A DNA stretch of 37,376 nucleotides from Nemertoderma westbladi (Eukaryota > Animalia > Xenacoelomorpha): the NCBI GenBank assembly GCA_032718475.1, contig JAUCBJ010002467.1:1-37376 (forward strand), read 5' to 3'. Under the pieces are notes generated by a model. It was not told the DNA's origin. It worked only from the letters and a program-made list of their open reading frames with translations, and ran no database searches. A program made the position numbers and the translations under genes. Of this stretch, positions 21,806-34,117 are shown one piece after another; the first letter of the stretch is position 1; every line of letters starts with the position of its first letter.

Positions 21806-22016
21806 TACTTGAGCACAGTACTCAAGCACATCTTATGATCAGGAAAACGTTTGATCGCATCAGGTACTATAACGGTAAACCGAGAGTCCACGGGACTCTG
21901 GTCATCAGCGTTGCCTGTAGCAACAGCGTTACGTAGGCCCAGAAGACGACTGTAATATTGTTCCATATCCTCTGTGATTGGCACCGGTGAGATGTAAACT
22001 ACATCAACATTGGGAT
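21785..22016 (-). CDS. IQCH: IQCH exon (6th visible): DPNVDVVYISP...HKMCLSTVLKYSPRALKR
   Basis: TTTTAG| acceptor and |GTAAGT donor, phase 1 in and phase 2 out. Resembles IQCH NVIYI..HMCLAT.LMYSPKAIKR. Confidence 0.9.
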
Positions 22017-22040
22017 CTAAAACAGGAAGTAATATTGTAA

Positions 22041-25000
22041 AATTCAATCTGCTGCACCTGTGACCCAGGGTTATTCTGATTGGTTCAGTGTATAATTCAG
22101 TCTGGTGCACCAGTGACCCAGGGTTATTCTGATTGATTCAGTGTATAATTCAGTCTTATGCACCTGTGACCCAGGGTTATTCTGATTGATTCAGTGTATA
22201 ATTCAGTCTTATGCACCTGTGACCCAGGGTTATTCTGATTGGTTCAGTGTATAATTCAGTCTTATGCACCTGTGACCCAGGGTTATTCTGATTGGTTCAG
22301 TGTATAATTCAGTCTGGTGCACCAGTGACCCAGGGTTATTCTGATTGGTTCAGTGTATAATTCAGTCTTATGCACCTGTGACCCAGGGTTATTCTGATTG
22401 GTTCAGTGTATAATTCAGTCTTATGCACCTGTGACCCAGTGTTATTCTGATTGGTTCAGTGTATAATTCAGTCTTATGCACCTGTGACCCAGGGTTATTC
22501 TGATTGGTTCAGTGTATAATTCAGTCTTATGCACCTGTGACCCAGTGTTATTCTGATTGGTTCAGTGTATAATTCAGTCTTATGCACCTGTGACCCAGGG
22601 TTATTCTGATTGGTTCAGTGTATAATTCAGTCTTATGCACCTGTGACCCAGGGTTATTCTGATTGGTTCAGTGTATAATTCAGTCTTATGCACCTGTGAC
22701 CCAGGGTTATTCTGATTGGTTCAGTGTATAATTCAGTCTTATGCACCTGTGACCCAGTGTTATTCTGATTGGTTCAGTGTATAATTCAGTCTTATGCACC
22801 TGTGACCCAGGGTTATTCTGATTGGTTCAGTGTATAATTCAGTCTTATGCACCTGTGACCCAGGGTTATTCTGATTGGTTCAGTGTATAATTCAGTCTTA
22901 TGCACCTGTGACCCAGTGTTATTCTGATTGGTTCAGTGTATAATTCAGTCTTATGCACCTGTGACCCAGGGTTATTCTGATTGGTTCAGTGTATAATTCA
23001 GTCTTATGCACCTGTGACCCAGGGTTATTCTGATTGGTTCAGTGTATAATTCAGTCTTATGCACCTGTGACCCAGGGTTATTCTGATTGGTTCAGTGTAT
23101 AATTCAGTCTTATGCACCTGTGACCCAGGGTTATTCTGATTGGTTCAGTGTATAATTCAGTCTTATGCACCTGTGACCCAGGGTTATTCTGATTGGTTCA
23201 GTGTATAATTCAGTCTTATGCACCTGTGACCCAGGGTTATTCTGATTGGTTCAGTGTATAATTCAGTCTGGTGCACCTGTGACCCAGGGTTATTCTGATT
23301 GGTTCAGTGTATAATTCAGTCTTATGCACCTGTGACCCAGGGTTATTCTGATTGGTTCAGTGTATAATTCAGTCTTATGCACCTGTGACCCAGGGTTATT
23401 CTGATTGGTTCAGTGTATAATTCAGTCTTATGCACCTGTGACCCAGGGTTATTCTGATTGGTTCAGTGTATAATTCAGTCTTATGCACCTGTGACCCAGG
23501 GTTATTCTGATTGGTTCAGTGTATAATTCAGTCTTATGCACCTGTGACCCAGGGTTATTCTGATTGGTTCAGTGTATAATTCAGTCTTATGCACCTGTGA
23601 CCCAGGGTTATTCTGATTGGTTCAGTGTATAATTCAGTCTGGTGCACCTGTGACCCAGGGTTATTCTGATTGGTTCAGTGTATAATTCAGTCTTATGCAC
23701 CTGTGACCCAGGGTTATTCTGATTGGTTCAGTGTATAATTCAGTCTGGTGCACCTGTGACCCAGGGTTATTCTGATTGGTTCAGTGTATAATTCAGTCTT
23801 ATGCACCTGTGACCCAGGGTTATTCTGATTGGTTCAGTGTATAATTCAGTCTTATGCACCTGTGACCCAGGGTTATTCTGATTGGTTCAGTGTATAATTC
23901 AGTCTTATGCACCTGTGACCCAGGGTTATTCTGATTGGTTCAGTGTATAATTCAGTCTTATGCACCTGTGACCCAGGGTTATTCTGATTGGTTCAGTGTA
24001 TAATTCAGTCTGGTGCACCTGTGACCCAGGGTTATTCTGATTGATTCAGTGTATAATTCAGTCTTATGCACCTGTGACCCAGGGTTATTCTGATTGGTTC
24101 AGTGTATAATTCAGTCTTATGCACCTGTGACCCAGGGTTATTCTGATTGGTTCAGTGTATAATTCAGTCTGGTGCACCTGTGACCCAGGGTTATTCTGAT
24201 TGGTTCAGTGTATAATTCAGTCTTATGCACCTGTGACCCAGGGTTATTCTGATTGGTTCAGTGTATAATTCAGTCTTATGCACCTGTGACCCAGGGTTAT
24301 TCTGATTGGTTCAGTGTATAATTCAGTCTTATGCACCTGTGACCCAGGGTTATTCTGATTGGTTCAGTGTATAATTCAGTCTTATGCACCTGTGACCCAG
24401 GGTTATTCTGATTGGTTCAGTGTATAATTCAGTCTGGTGCACCTGTGACCCAGGGTTATTCTGATTGATTCAGTGTATAATTCAGTCTTATGCACCTGTG
24501 ACCCAGGGTTATTCTGATTGGTTCAGTGTATAATTCAGTCTGGTGCACCTGTGACCCAGGGTTATTCTGATTGGTTCAGTGTATAATTCAGTCTTATGCA
24601 CCTGTGACCCAGGGTTATTCTGATTGGTTCAGTGTATAATTCAGTCTTATGCACCTGTGACCCAGGGTTATTCTGATTGATTCAGTGTATAATTCAGTCT
24701 TATGCACCTGTGACCCAGGGTTATTCTGATTGGTTCAGTGTATAATTCAGTCTTATGCACCTGTGACCCAGGGTTATTCTGATTGGTTCAGTGTATAATT
24801 CAGTCTGGTGCACCTGTGACCCAGGGTTATTCTGATTGGTTCAGTGTATAATTCAGTCTGGTGCACCTGTGACCCAGGGTTATTCTGATTGATTCAGTGT
24901 ATAATTCAGTCTTATGCACCTGTGACCCAGGGTTATTCTGATTGGTTCAGTGTATAATTCAGTCTTATGCACCTGTGACCCAGGGTTATTCTGATTGGTT

Positions 25001-28000
25001 CAGTGTATAATTCAGTCTTATGCACCTGTGACCCAGGGTTATTCTGATTGGTTCAGTGTATAATTCAGTCTGGTGCACCTGTGACCCAGGGTTATTCTGA
25101 TTGGTTCAGTGTATAATTCAGTCTGGTGCACCTGTGACCCAGGGTTATTCTGATTGGTTCAGTGTATAATTCAGTCTGGTGCACCTGTGACCCAGGGTTA
25201 TTCTGATTGGTTCAGTGTATAATTCAGTCTTATGCACCTGTGACCCAGGGTTATTCTGATTGGTTCAGTGTATAATTCAGTCTTATGCACCTGTGACCCA
25301 GGGTTATTCTGATTGGTTCAGTGTATAATTCAGTCTGGTGCACCTGTGACCCAGGGTTATTCTGATTGGTTCAGTGTATAATTCAGTCTTATGCACCTGT
25401 GACCCAGGGTTATTCTGATTGGTTCAGTGTATAATTCAGTCTTATGCACCTGTGACCCAGGGTTATTCTGATTGGTTCAGTGTATAATTCAGTCTGGTGC
25501 ACCTGTGACCCAGGGTTATTCTGATTGGTTCAGTGTATAATTCAGTCTGGTGCACCTGTGACCCAGGGTTATTCTGATTGGTTCAGTGTATAATTCAGTC
25601 TTATGCACCTGTGACCCAGGGTTATTCTGATTGGTTCAGTGTATAATTCAGTCTGGTGCACCTGTGACCCAGGGTTATTCTGATTGATTCAGTGTATAAT
25701 TCAGTCTTATGCACCTGTGACCCAGGGTTATTCTGATTGGTTCAGTGTATAATTCAGTCTTATGCACCTGTGACCCAGGGTTATTCTGATTGGTTCAGTG
25801 TATAATTCAGTCTGGTGCACCTGTGACCCAGGGTTATTCTGATTGATTCAGTGTATAATTCAGTCTTATGCACCTGTGACCCAGGGTTATTCTGATTGGT
25901 TCAGTGTATAATTCAGTCTTATGCACCTGTGACCCAGGGTTATTCTGATTGGTTCAGTGTATAATTCAGTCTTATGCACCTGTGACCCAGGGTTATTCTG
26001 ATTGGTTCAGTGTATAATTCAGTCTTATGCACCTGTGACCCAGGGTTATTCTGATTGGTTCAGTGTATAATTCAGTCTTATGCACCTGTGACCCAGGGTT
26101 ATTCTGATTGGTTCAGTGTATAATTCAGTCTTATGCACCTGTGACCCAGGGTTATTCTGATTGGTTCAGTGTATAATTCAGTCTTATGCACCTGTGACCC
26201 AGGGTTATTCTGATTGGTTCAGTGTATAATTCAGTCTTATGCACCTGTGACCCAGGGTTATTCTGATTGGTTCAGTGTATAATTCAGTCTTATGCACCTG
26301 TGACCCAGGGTTATTCTGATTGGTTCAGTGTATAATTCAGTCTTATGCACCTGTGACCCAGGGTTATTCTGATTGGTTCAGTGTATAATTCAGTCTTATG
26401 CACCTGTGACCCAGGGTTATTCTGATTGGTTCAGTGTATAATTCAGTCTTATGCACCTGTGACCCAGGGTTATTCTGATTGGTTCAGTGTATAATTCAGT
26501 CTTATGCACCTGTGACCCAGGGTTATTCTGATTGATTCAGTGTATAATTCAGTCTTATGCACCTGTGACCCAGGGTTATTCTGATTGGTTCAGTGTATAA
26601 TTCAGTCTTATGCACCTGTGACCCAGGGTTATTCTGATTGGTTCAGTGTATAATTCAGTCTTATGCACCTGTGACCCAGGGTTATTCTGATTGGTTCAGT
26701 GTATAATTCAGTCTTATGCACCTGTGACCCAGGGTTATTCTGATTGGTTCAGTGTATAATTCAGTCTGGTGCACCTGTGACCCAGGGTTATTCTGATTGA
26801 TTCAGTGTATAATTCAGTCTTATGCACCTGTGACCCAGGGTTATTCTGATTGGTTCAGTGTATAATTCAGTCTTATGCACCTGTGACCCAGGGTTATTCT
26901 GATTGATTCAGTGTATAATTCAGTCTTATGCACCTGTGACCCAGGGTTATTCTGATTGGTTCAGTGTATAATTCAGTCTTATGCACCTGTGACCCAGGGT
27001 TATTCTGATTGGTTCAGTGTATAATTCAGTCTTATGCACCTGTGACCCAGGGTTATTCTGATTGGTTCAGTGTATAATTCAGTCTTATGCACCTGTGACC
27101 CAGGGTTATTCTGATTGGTTCAGTGTATAATTCAGTCTTATGCACCTGTGACCCAGGGTTATTCTGATTGGTTCAGTGTATAATTCAGTCTTATGCACCT
27201 GTGACCCAGGGTTATTCTGATTGGTTCAGTGTATAATTCAGTCTTATGCACCTGTGACCCAGGGTTATTCTGATTGGTTCAGTGTATAATTCAGTCTTAT
27301 GCACCTGTGACCCAGGGTTATTCTGATTGGTTCAGTGTATAATTCAGTCTTATGCACCTGTGACCCAGGGTTATTCTGATTGGTTCAGTGTATAATTCAG
27401 TCTTATGCACCTGTGACCCAGGGTTATTCTGATTGGTTCAGTGTATAATTCAGTCTTATGCACCTGTGACCCAGGGTTATTCTGATTGGTTCAGTGTATA
27501 ATTCAGTCTTATGCACCTGTGACCCAGGGTTATTCTGATTGGTTCAGTGTATAATTCAGTCTGGTGCACCTGTGACCCAGGGTTATTCTGATTGGTTCAG
27601 TGTATAATTCAGTCTGGTGCACCTGTGACCCAGGGTTATTCTGATTGATTCAGTGTATAATTCAGTCTTATGCACCTGTGACCCAGGGTTATTCTGATTG
27701 GTTCAGTGTATAATTCAGTCTTATGCACCTGTGACCCAGGGTTATTCTGATTGGTTCAGTGTATAATTCAGTCTTATGCACCTGTGACCCAGGGTTATTC
27801 TGATTGGTTCAGTGTATAATTCAGTCTTATGCACCTGTGACCCAGGGTTATTCTGATTGGTTCAGTGTATAATTCAGTCTGGTGCACCTGTGACCCAGGG
27901 TTATTCTGATTGGTTCAGTGTATAATTCAGTCTTATGCACCTGTGACCCAGGGTTATTCTGATTGGTTCAGTGTATAATTCAGTCTGGTGCACCTGTGAC

Positions 28001-31000
28001 CCAGGGTTATTCTGATTGGTTCAGTGTATAATTCAGTCTGGTGCACCTGTGACCCAGGGTTATTCTGATTGGTTCAGTGTATAATTCAGTCTTATGCACC
28101 TGTGACCCAGGGTTATTCTGATTGGTTCAGTGTATAATTCAGTCTTATGCACCTGTGACCCAGGGTTATTCTGATTGGTTCAGTGTATAATTCAGTCTTA
28201 TGCACCTGTGACCCAGGGTTATTCTGATTGGTTCAGTGTATAATTCAGTCTTATGCACCTGTGACCCAGGGTTATTCTGATTGGTTCAGTGTATAATTCA
28301 GTCTTATGCACCTGTGACCCAGGGTTATTCTGATTGGTTCAGTGTATAATTCAGTCTTATGCACCTGTGACCCAGGGTTATTCTGATTGGTTCAGTGTAT
28401 AATTCAGTCTTATGCACCTGTGACCCAGGGTTATTCTGATTGATTCAGTGTATAATTCAGTCTTATGCACCTGTGACCCAGGGTTATTCTGATTGGTTCA
28501 GTGTATAATTCAGTCTTATGCACCTGTGACCCAGGGTTATTCTGATTGGTTCAGTGTATAATTCAGTCTTATGCACCTGTGACCCAGGGTTATTCTGATT
28601 GGTTCAGTGTATAATTCAGTCTTATGCACCTGTGACCCAGGGTTATTCTGATTGGTTCAGTGTATAATTCAGTCTTATGCACCTGTGACCCAGGGTTATT
28701 CTGATTGGTTCAGTGTATAATTCAGTCTTATGCACCTGTGACCCAGGGTTATTCTGATTGGTTCAGTGTATAATTCAGTCTTATGCACCTGTGACCCAGG
28801 GTTATTCTGATTGGTTCAGTGTATAATTCAGTCTTATGCACCTGTGACCCAGGGTTATTCTGATTGGTTCAGTGTATAATTCAGTCTGGTGCACCTGTGA
28901 CCCAGGGTTATTCTGATTGGTTCAGTGTATAATTCAGTCTTATGCACCTGTGACCCAGGGTTATTCTGATTGGTTCAGTGTATAATTCAGTCTTATGCAC
29001 CTGTGACCCAGGGTTATTCTGATTGGTTCAGTGTATAATTCAGTCTTATGCACCTGTGACCCAGGGTTATTCAGATTGGTTCAGTGTATAATTCAGTCTG
29101 GTGCACCAGTGACCCAGGGTTATTCTGATTGGTTCAGTGTATAATTCAGTCTGGTGCACCTGTGACCCAGGGTTATTCAGATTGGTTCAGTGTATAATTC
29201 AGTCTGGTGCACCTGTGACCCAGGGTTATTCTGATTGGTTCAGTGTATAATTCAGTCTTATGCACCTGTGACCCAGGGTTATTCAGATTGGTTCAGTGTA
29301 TAATTCAGTCTGGTGCACCAGTGACCCAGGGTTATTCTGATTGGTTCAGTGTATAATTCAGTCTGGTGCACCTGTGACCCAGGGTTATTCTGATTGGTTC
29401 AGTGTATAATTCAGTCTTATGCACCTGTGACCCAGTGTTATTCTGATTGGTTCAGTGTATAATTCAGTCTTATGCACCTGTGACCCAGGGTTATTCTGAT
29501 TGGTTCAGTGTATAATTCAGTCTTATGCACCTGTGACCCAGGGTTATTCTGATTGGTTCAGTGTATAATTCAGTCTTATGCACCTGTGACCCAGGGTTAT
29601 TCTGATTGGTTCAGTGTATAATTCAGTCTTATGCACCTGTGACCCAGGGTTATTCTGATTGGTTCAGTGTATAATTCAGTCTTATGCACCTGTGACCCAG
29701 GGTTATTCTGATTGGTTCAGTGTATAATTCAGTCTTATGCACCTGTGACCCAGGGTTATTCTGATTGATTCAGTGTATAATTCAGTCTTATGCACCTGTG
29801 ACCCAGGGTTATTCTGATTGGTTCAGTGTATAATTCAGTCTTATGCACCTGTGACCCAGGGTTATTCTGATTGGTTCAGTGTATAATTCAGTCTTATGCA
29901 CCTGTGACCCAGGGTTATTCTGATTGGTTCAGTGTATAATTCAGTCTTATGCACCTGTGACCCAGGGTTATTTTGATTGGTTCAGTATATAATTCAGTCT
30001 TATGCACCTGTGACCCAGGGTTATTCTGATTGGTTCAGTGTATAATTCAGTCTTATGCACCTGTGACCCAGGGTTATTCTGATTGATTCAGTGTATAATT
30101 CAGTCTTATGCACCTGTGACCCAGGGTTATTCTGATTGGTTCAGTGTATAATTCAGTCTTATGAACCTGTGACCCAGGGTTATTTTGATTGGTTCAGTGT
30201 ATAATTCAGTCTGGTGCACCTGTGACCCAGGGTTATTCTGATTGATTCAGTGTATAATTCAGTCTTATGCACCTGTGACCCAGGGTTATTCTGATTGGTT
30301 CAGTGTATAATTCAGTCTTATGCACCTGTGACCCAGGGTTATTCTGATTGGTTCAGTGTATAATTCAGTCTTATGCACCTGTGACCCAGGGTTATTCTGA
30401 TTGGTTCAGTGTATAATTCAGTCTTATGCACCTGTGACCCAGGGTTATTCTGATTGGTTCAGTGTATAATTCAGTCTTATGCACCTGTGACCCAGGGTTA
30501 TTCTGATTGGTTCAGTGTATAATTCAGTCTTATGAACCTGTGACCCAGGGTTATTTTGATTGGTTCAGTGTATAATTCAGTCTGGTGCACCTGTGACCCA
30601 GGGTTATTCTGATTGGTTCAGTGTATAATTCAGTCTTATGCACCTGTGACCCAGGATTATTCTGATTGGTTCAGTGTATAATTCAGTCTTATGCACCTGT
30701 GACCCAGGGTTATTCTGATTGGTTCAGTGTATAATTCAGTCTTATGCACCTGTGACCCAGGGTTATTCTGATTGGTTCAGTGTATAATTCAGTCTTATGA
30801 ACCTGTGACCCAGGGTTATTTTGATTGGTTCAGTGTATAATTCAGTCTGGTGCACCTGTGACCCAGGGTTATTCTGATTGGTTCAGTGTATAATTCAGTC
30901 TTATGCACCTGTGACCCAGGATTATTCTGATTGGTTCAGTGTATAATTCAGTCTTATGCACCTGTGACCCAGGGTTATTCTGATTGGTTCAGTGTATAAT

Positions 31001-31015
31001 TCAGTCTGCTGCACC
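22041..31015. repeat. 53-bp satellite, ~169 copies (~9 kb), intronic
   Basis: Unit GCACCTGTGACCCAGGGTTATTCTGATTGGTTCAGTGTATAATTCAGTCTTAT with a few recurrent variants (TTAT/TGGT, TTGG/TTGA). No spacers. Confidence 0.99.
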
Positions 31016-31185
31016 TTACCGTAAATGTCACAAACACTCACCGTAAATGTCACAAACACTCACCGTAAATGTCACAAACACTCACCGTAAATGTCACAAA
31101 CACTCACCGTAAATGTCACAAACACTCACCGTAAATGTCACAAACACTCACCGTAAATGTCACAAACACTCACCGTAAATGTCAC
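31015..31185 (-). repeat. 22-bp tandem array x8 built from the IQCH exon 3' end plus splice donor
   Basis: CCGTAAATGTCAC at 31019, 31041 and onward to 31173. Minus-strand unit TTTGTGACATTTACG|GTGAGTG. Confidence 0.96.
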
Positions 31186-31324
31186 ACAGACGTCCCATTT
31201 GTCGGTTCTGGAGGGCTGGCAGATTGGTCAGACTTTGTCGAATATGCTGAGAATATCCCCGGGATGGGATGTGAATCACTGTCCTTCTCGAATTCTTGAT
31301 TCTATTCCATTGAGATTTTAGTAA
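31174..31324 (-). CDS. IQCH: IQCH exon (5th visible): LLKSQWNRIKNSRRTVIHIPSRGYSQ...QMGRLCDIY
   Basis: TTTGCAG| acceptor and |GTGAGT donor. Motif RRTxIHIPSxGYSQ..GRLCDI is characteristic of IQCH. Not in the supplied ORF track. Confidence 0.9.
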
Positions 31325-31479
31325 CTGCAAATATAAGTTATTACCAAAGTAGGATTCAATAAATTAATTGTTGAATCCAATCCTAATCAAACAGTTATTA
31401 TTTATCGAACGATTATCGACGAACTTATTGAAGCGTGTTTGCCTACATGTCTCCTATTCACATTGTATAAGAGACTAAC

Positions 31480-31612
31480 GTTAGATCTCAGCATAAAGTT
31501 GTCCTTCTGTAAACGTCGAGTTTCGCTGAGTTGTTTTCTTATTCTCGATAATTTGGCGCTCATGATCCAAGATATCGCGATCATACCAGCGGCCCATTTC
31601 TGCTTCCGATAC
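31480..31612 (-). CDS. IQCH: IQCH exon (4th visible): YRKQKWAAGMIAISW...DNFMLRSN
   Basis: GCGTAG| acceptor and |GTTAGT donor, phases consistent with neighbouring exons. Confidence 0.88.
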
Positions 31613-31689
31613 CTACGCAGATAGAATAATATTTAAACTACTTATTACATTTTGTAACATTAAGTATGTCTTTATTTCACGCAACGTAC

Positions 31690-32280
31690 CTAACTGATCT
31701 AGACTTTGCTGACGACTTAGGGGACTGTCAGAATCACTAGAGGGAGACAAAAGGCTCCTCTGTTTCTATTAATGTAAAATTAAATTAATTAAACTCATTG
31801 GAGCAGGTTGCTTCTAGTGTTGGTCTTTTTGTAAACTCCAACAAGACTAAAATCATGATAGTGAACCTAGACAGCCCTCTATAAATGTCTGATCGTAAGG
31901 GCATAAGCTCTAGGGACGGCTTGCTTGAGCACATGGATGACTTCTGCTACTTGGGATTTGGATCATGGATCCGAAAGTCAGGTGAGGACCTTCGAATACA
32001 TAAGGGAAAGGCACGGGCAGCCTTGAATAGGCTTTCCAGGATTTGGAAGTCACCGAGAATTAATCGGAAACTTAAGGTCCGGTTATTTAGAGCAGCAGTA
32101 GTTCCAGTACTCCTCTATGGGAGTCCATGCTGGGCTCTAACTGCTGGGGACACCAAATCTCTGGATGGCACATTCACAAGAATGCTACGCCGGGTTCATT
32201 GTGTCAAGTACAATGCACACATCTCCAACCAGACACTATATAACATTGGATGTGTTTCATTGGTTCCCCAAGCTTGACAC
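31690..32280 (+). mobile_element. Degenerate RTE-clade LINE fragment (intronic)
   Basis: DLDFADDL near 31696, VNSNKTK, DDFCYLG, LFRAAVVPVLLYG..W, DGTFTRMLR. Confidence 0.85.
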
Positions 32281-32609
32281 GAGCGAGGGACGTGAGAGGT
32301 TTATTTTGTCATAAGATATAAACTTAACGTTGTTCTGAACGTTTACTGTATGACGTTAACAGTTCAATGTTTATGAATAATATTTTATGAAACTAATAGT
32401 CAGTTACTACAACAGTACTAATAAGTTCATACAGTAGTTAGAAGGAAATTGATATTTCAGGGTGCTATGAGTTCCCGATGATATAATTGCTGAAATCAAC
32501 TCCCTCATGATGGATTCCACAACATTTGTTTCTAGGAAAGGTGGAAATTCATTAAAGGCGCCATGGGGTGATGCTCCTCAGCACAGCACAAGCTTGCTCT
32601 CAATTATTG

Positions 32610-32862
32610 CGTACTGCCGGCCGACCTAATGTGCGGTCCGTCTTTCTGTCCGGTCGTGCTTACTGTCCGGGCGGGTCTACTATCAGGCCGGGCCTACTGT
32701 CCGGCTGGGCCTACTGTCCGGCCGGGCCTACTGTCCGGCCCGGTCTTCTGGCGTCCGGCTGCTACAGTACTGTCCGGCTGTCCTATTCTCCGACCGGCCT
32801 GTAGTACCTACTGTCGGGTTCTCCCTGTCCTACTGTTTAGGTCAGCCTACTGTCCGGCCGGA
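32610..32862. repeat. Degenerate ~17-bp GC-rich minisatellite (GCCTACTGTCCGGCCGG) adjoining an IQCH donor site
   Basis: Repeated CTACTGTCCGG motifs ending about 10 bp from the donor at 32873. Confidence 0.8.
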
Positions 32863-32873
32863 AACTGACTCAC

Positions 32874-33025
32874 CTTAGGTAGGCACTCCTCTCTTTATGA
32901 CACTTCCACGTTGCCTGTATCTTAGTAGCAGCCCGAATTTCCCGACCATCTCCCTCAAATTGCTGCCCGGATTTTGAAATAATTGGTAACACATCGTTGA
33001 GATTAGCAATACAGCTCAAAAGATC
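32874..33025 (-). CDS. IQCH: IQCH exon (3rd visible) containing the IQ motif: DLLSCIANL...AATKIQATWKCHKERSAYLR
   Basis: TTTACAG| acceptor and |GTGAGT donor. IQ motif KIQATWK. Not in the supplied ORF track. Confidence 0.9.
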
Positions 33026-33139
33026 CTGTAAATATTGACACAGTATCAAACTTAATCATTCAGTACACAAATTACAATTGATGAAAATTGAAAAATCAAT
33101 AGACAAAAATAAGAAATGCGTGTGTATACAGTAGGCCTA

Positions 33140-33605
33140 CGTGGAGTATGTAAGGGAAACGCATGAGGGAAAGGGATGGGCAGCATTTAATGGGGCAGTC
33201 AGACAGAATAGGGCCTGCAACAGAAACTTTAAGGTTGAATTATTTAGGGCAGCAGTAGTTCCAGTACTCCTCTATGGGATACAATGCTGGCCTCTAATTG
33301 CTGAGGACACCAAATCTCTGGATGGCACATTCGCATGAATGCTACGTCGTGATCACGGTGTAAAGTACATAGGCCGACAATGATCAGGGGCCTACATCTC
33401 CAAGCAGACACTGTATAACATTGGAGGTGTCTCATTGGTTCCCCCAAGCTTGACACTAGAACAAAGCCGCCACCGATTTGCAGGACATTGTTTTCGTCGT
33501 GAGGACCAGCATGTGACAATCTTGTGCTTTGGCGACCTCATGGAGTGAATAAGCATGGTGTGCAGCTCATGACTTTCGTGAGACGCCTTTTAAAGAAACT
33601 GGCTT
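33140..33605 (+). mobile_element. Second degenerate copy of the same RTE fragment family
   Basis: 33240-33455 is highly similar to 32085-32280 (gcagcagtagttccagtactcctctatggga; acaccaaatctctggatggcacattc). Confidence 0.82.
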
Positions 33606-33865
33606 AATTAATGAACGCCACATACTGTATAATTATAATATATAAATTATTTAGATAGATTGAATAAGACTATACAACACGAAGTGGGGACTTCGCGCAG
33701 CACTATACAACAGTATTATATTAATTTATATTACTTACAGGGAAATTACTATACCTAATTCTATACCTAAATCTAAAATTGAAAGTAATTCGCCATTAAA
33801 CTACAACAAACTGTAGCTGAAATTCATGACTCTTTAGGTTGCCTTTTAAGCCACTCTTCACTTAC

Positions 33866-34117
33866 CTGTGTAGTTGGAAGTTGATCCAATTCAAACCGGG
33901 ACGCTATATCTGCCAGACGTTCACCGATTATGTAGGCCACCGGTACCGTGTACCGTGCCAGTAGAGCTGCTAGCTGACTCAACACTGAGCTAATGCTGCC
34001 CCACTGCAGGCAGTAGAGCTGTTTGAATGCATGGAACTGGGGGTTGGGGTCCACTATCAGGCCATTGTGTAAAGGGAAACAGGCTAATCCGGTGCCGCGG
34101 TCACGTGATGGTGGCGG
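33866..34117 (-). CDS. IQCH: IQCH exon (2nd visible): PPPSRD...FHAFKQLYCLQWGSI...RFELDQLPTTQ
   Basis: TTCCAG| acceptor and |GTAAGT donor, 252 bp in phase 0/0. Resembles IQCH FLAFK..LAWG.I..YAIP. Confidence 0.85.

Noticed and set aside
22017-22110. N-terminal part of ORF 21781-22110
   Set aside because: Intron and satellite sequence upstream of the AG acceptor at 22017-22018.
19435-31185. CRISPR array interpretation of the long repeats
   Set aside because: Units are contiguous with no unique spacers, there are no cas genes, and the context is eukaryotic spliced-gene DNA.
32568-32868. Pro/Gly-rich ORFs
   Set aside because: Translations of a GC-rich 17-bp minisatellite inside an intron.
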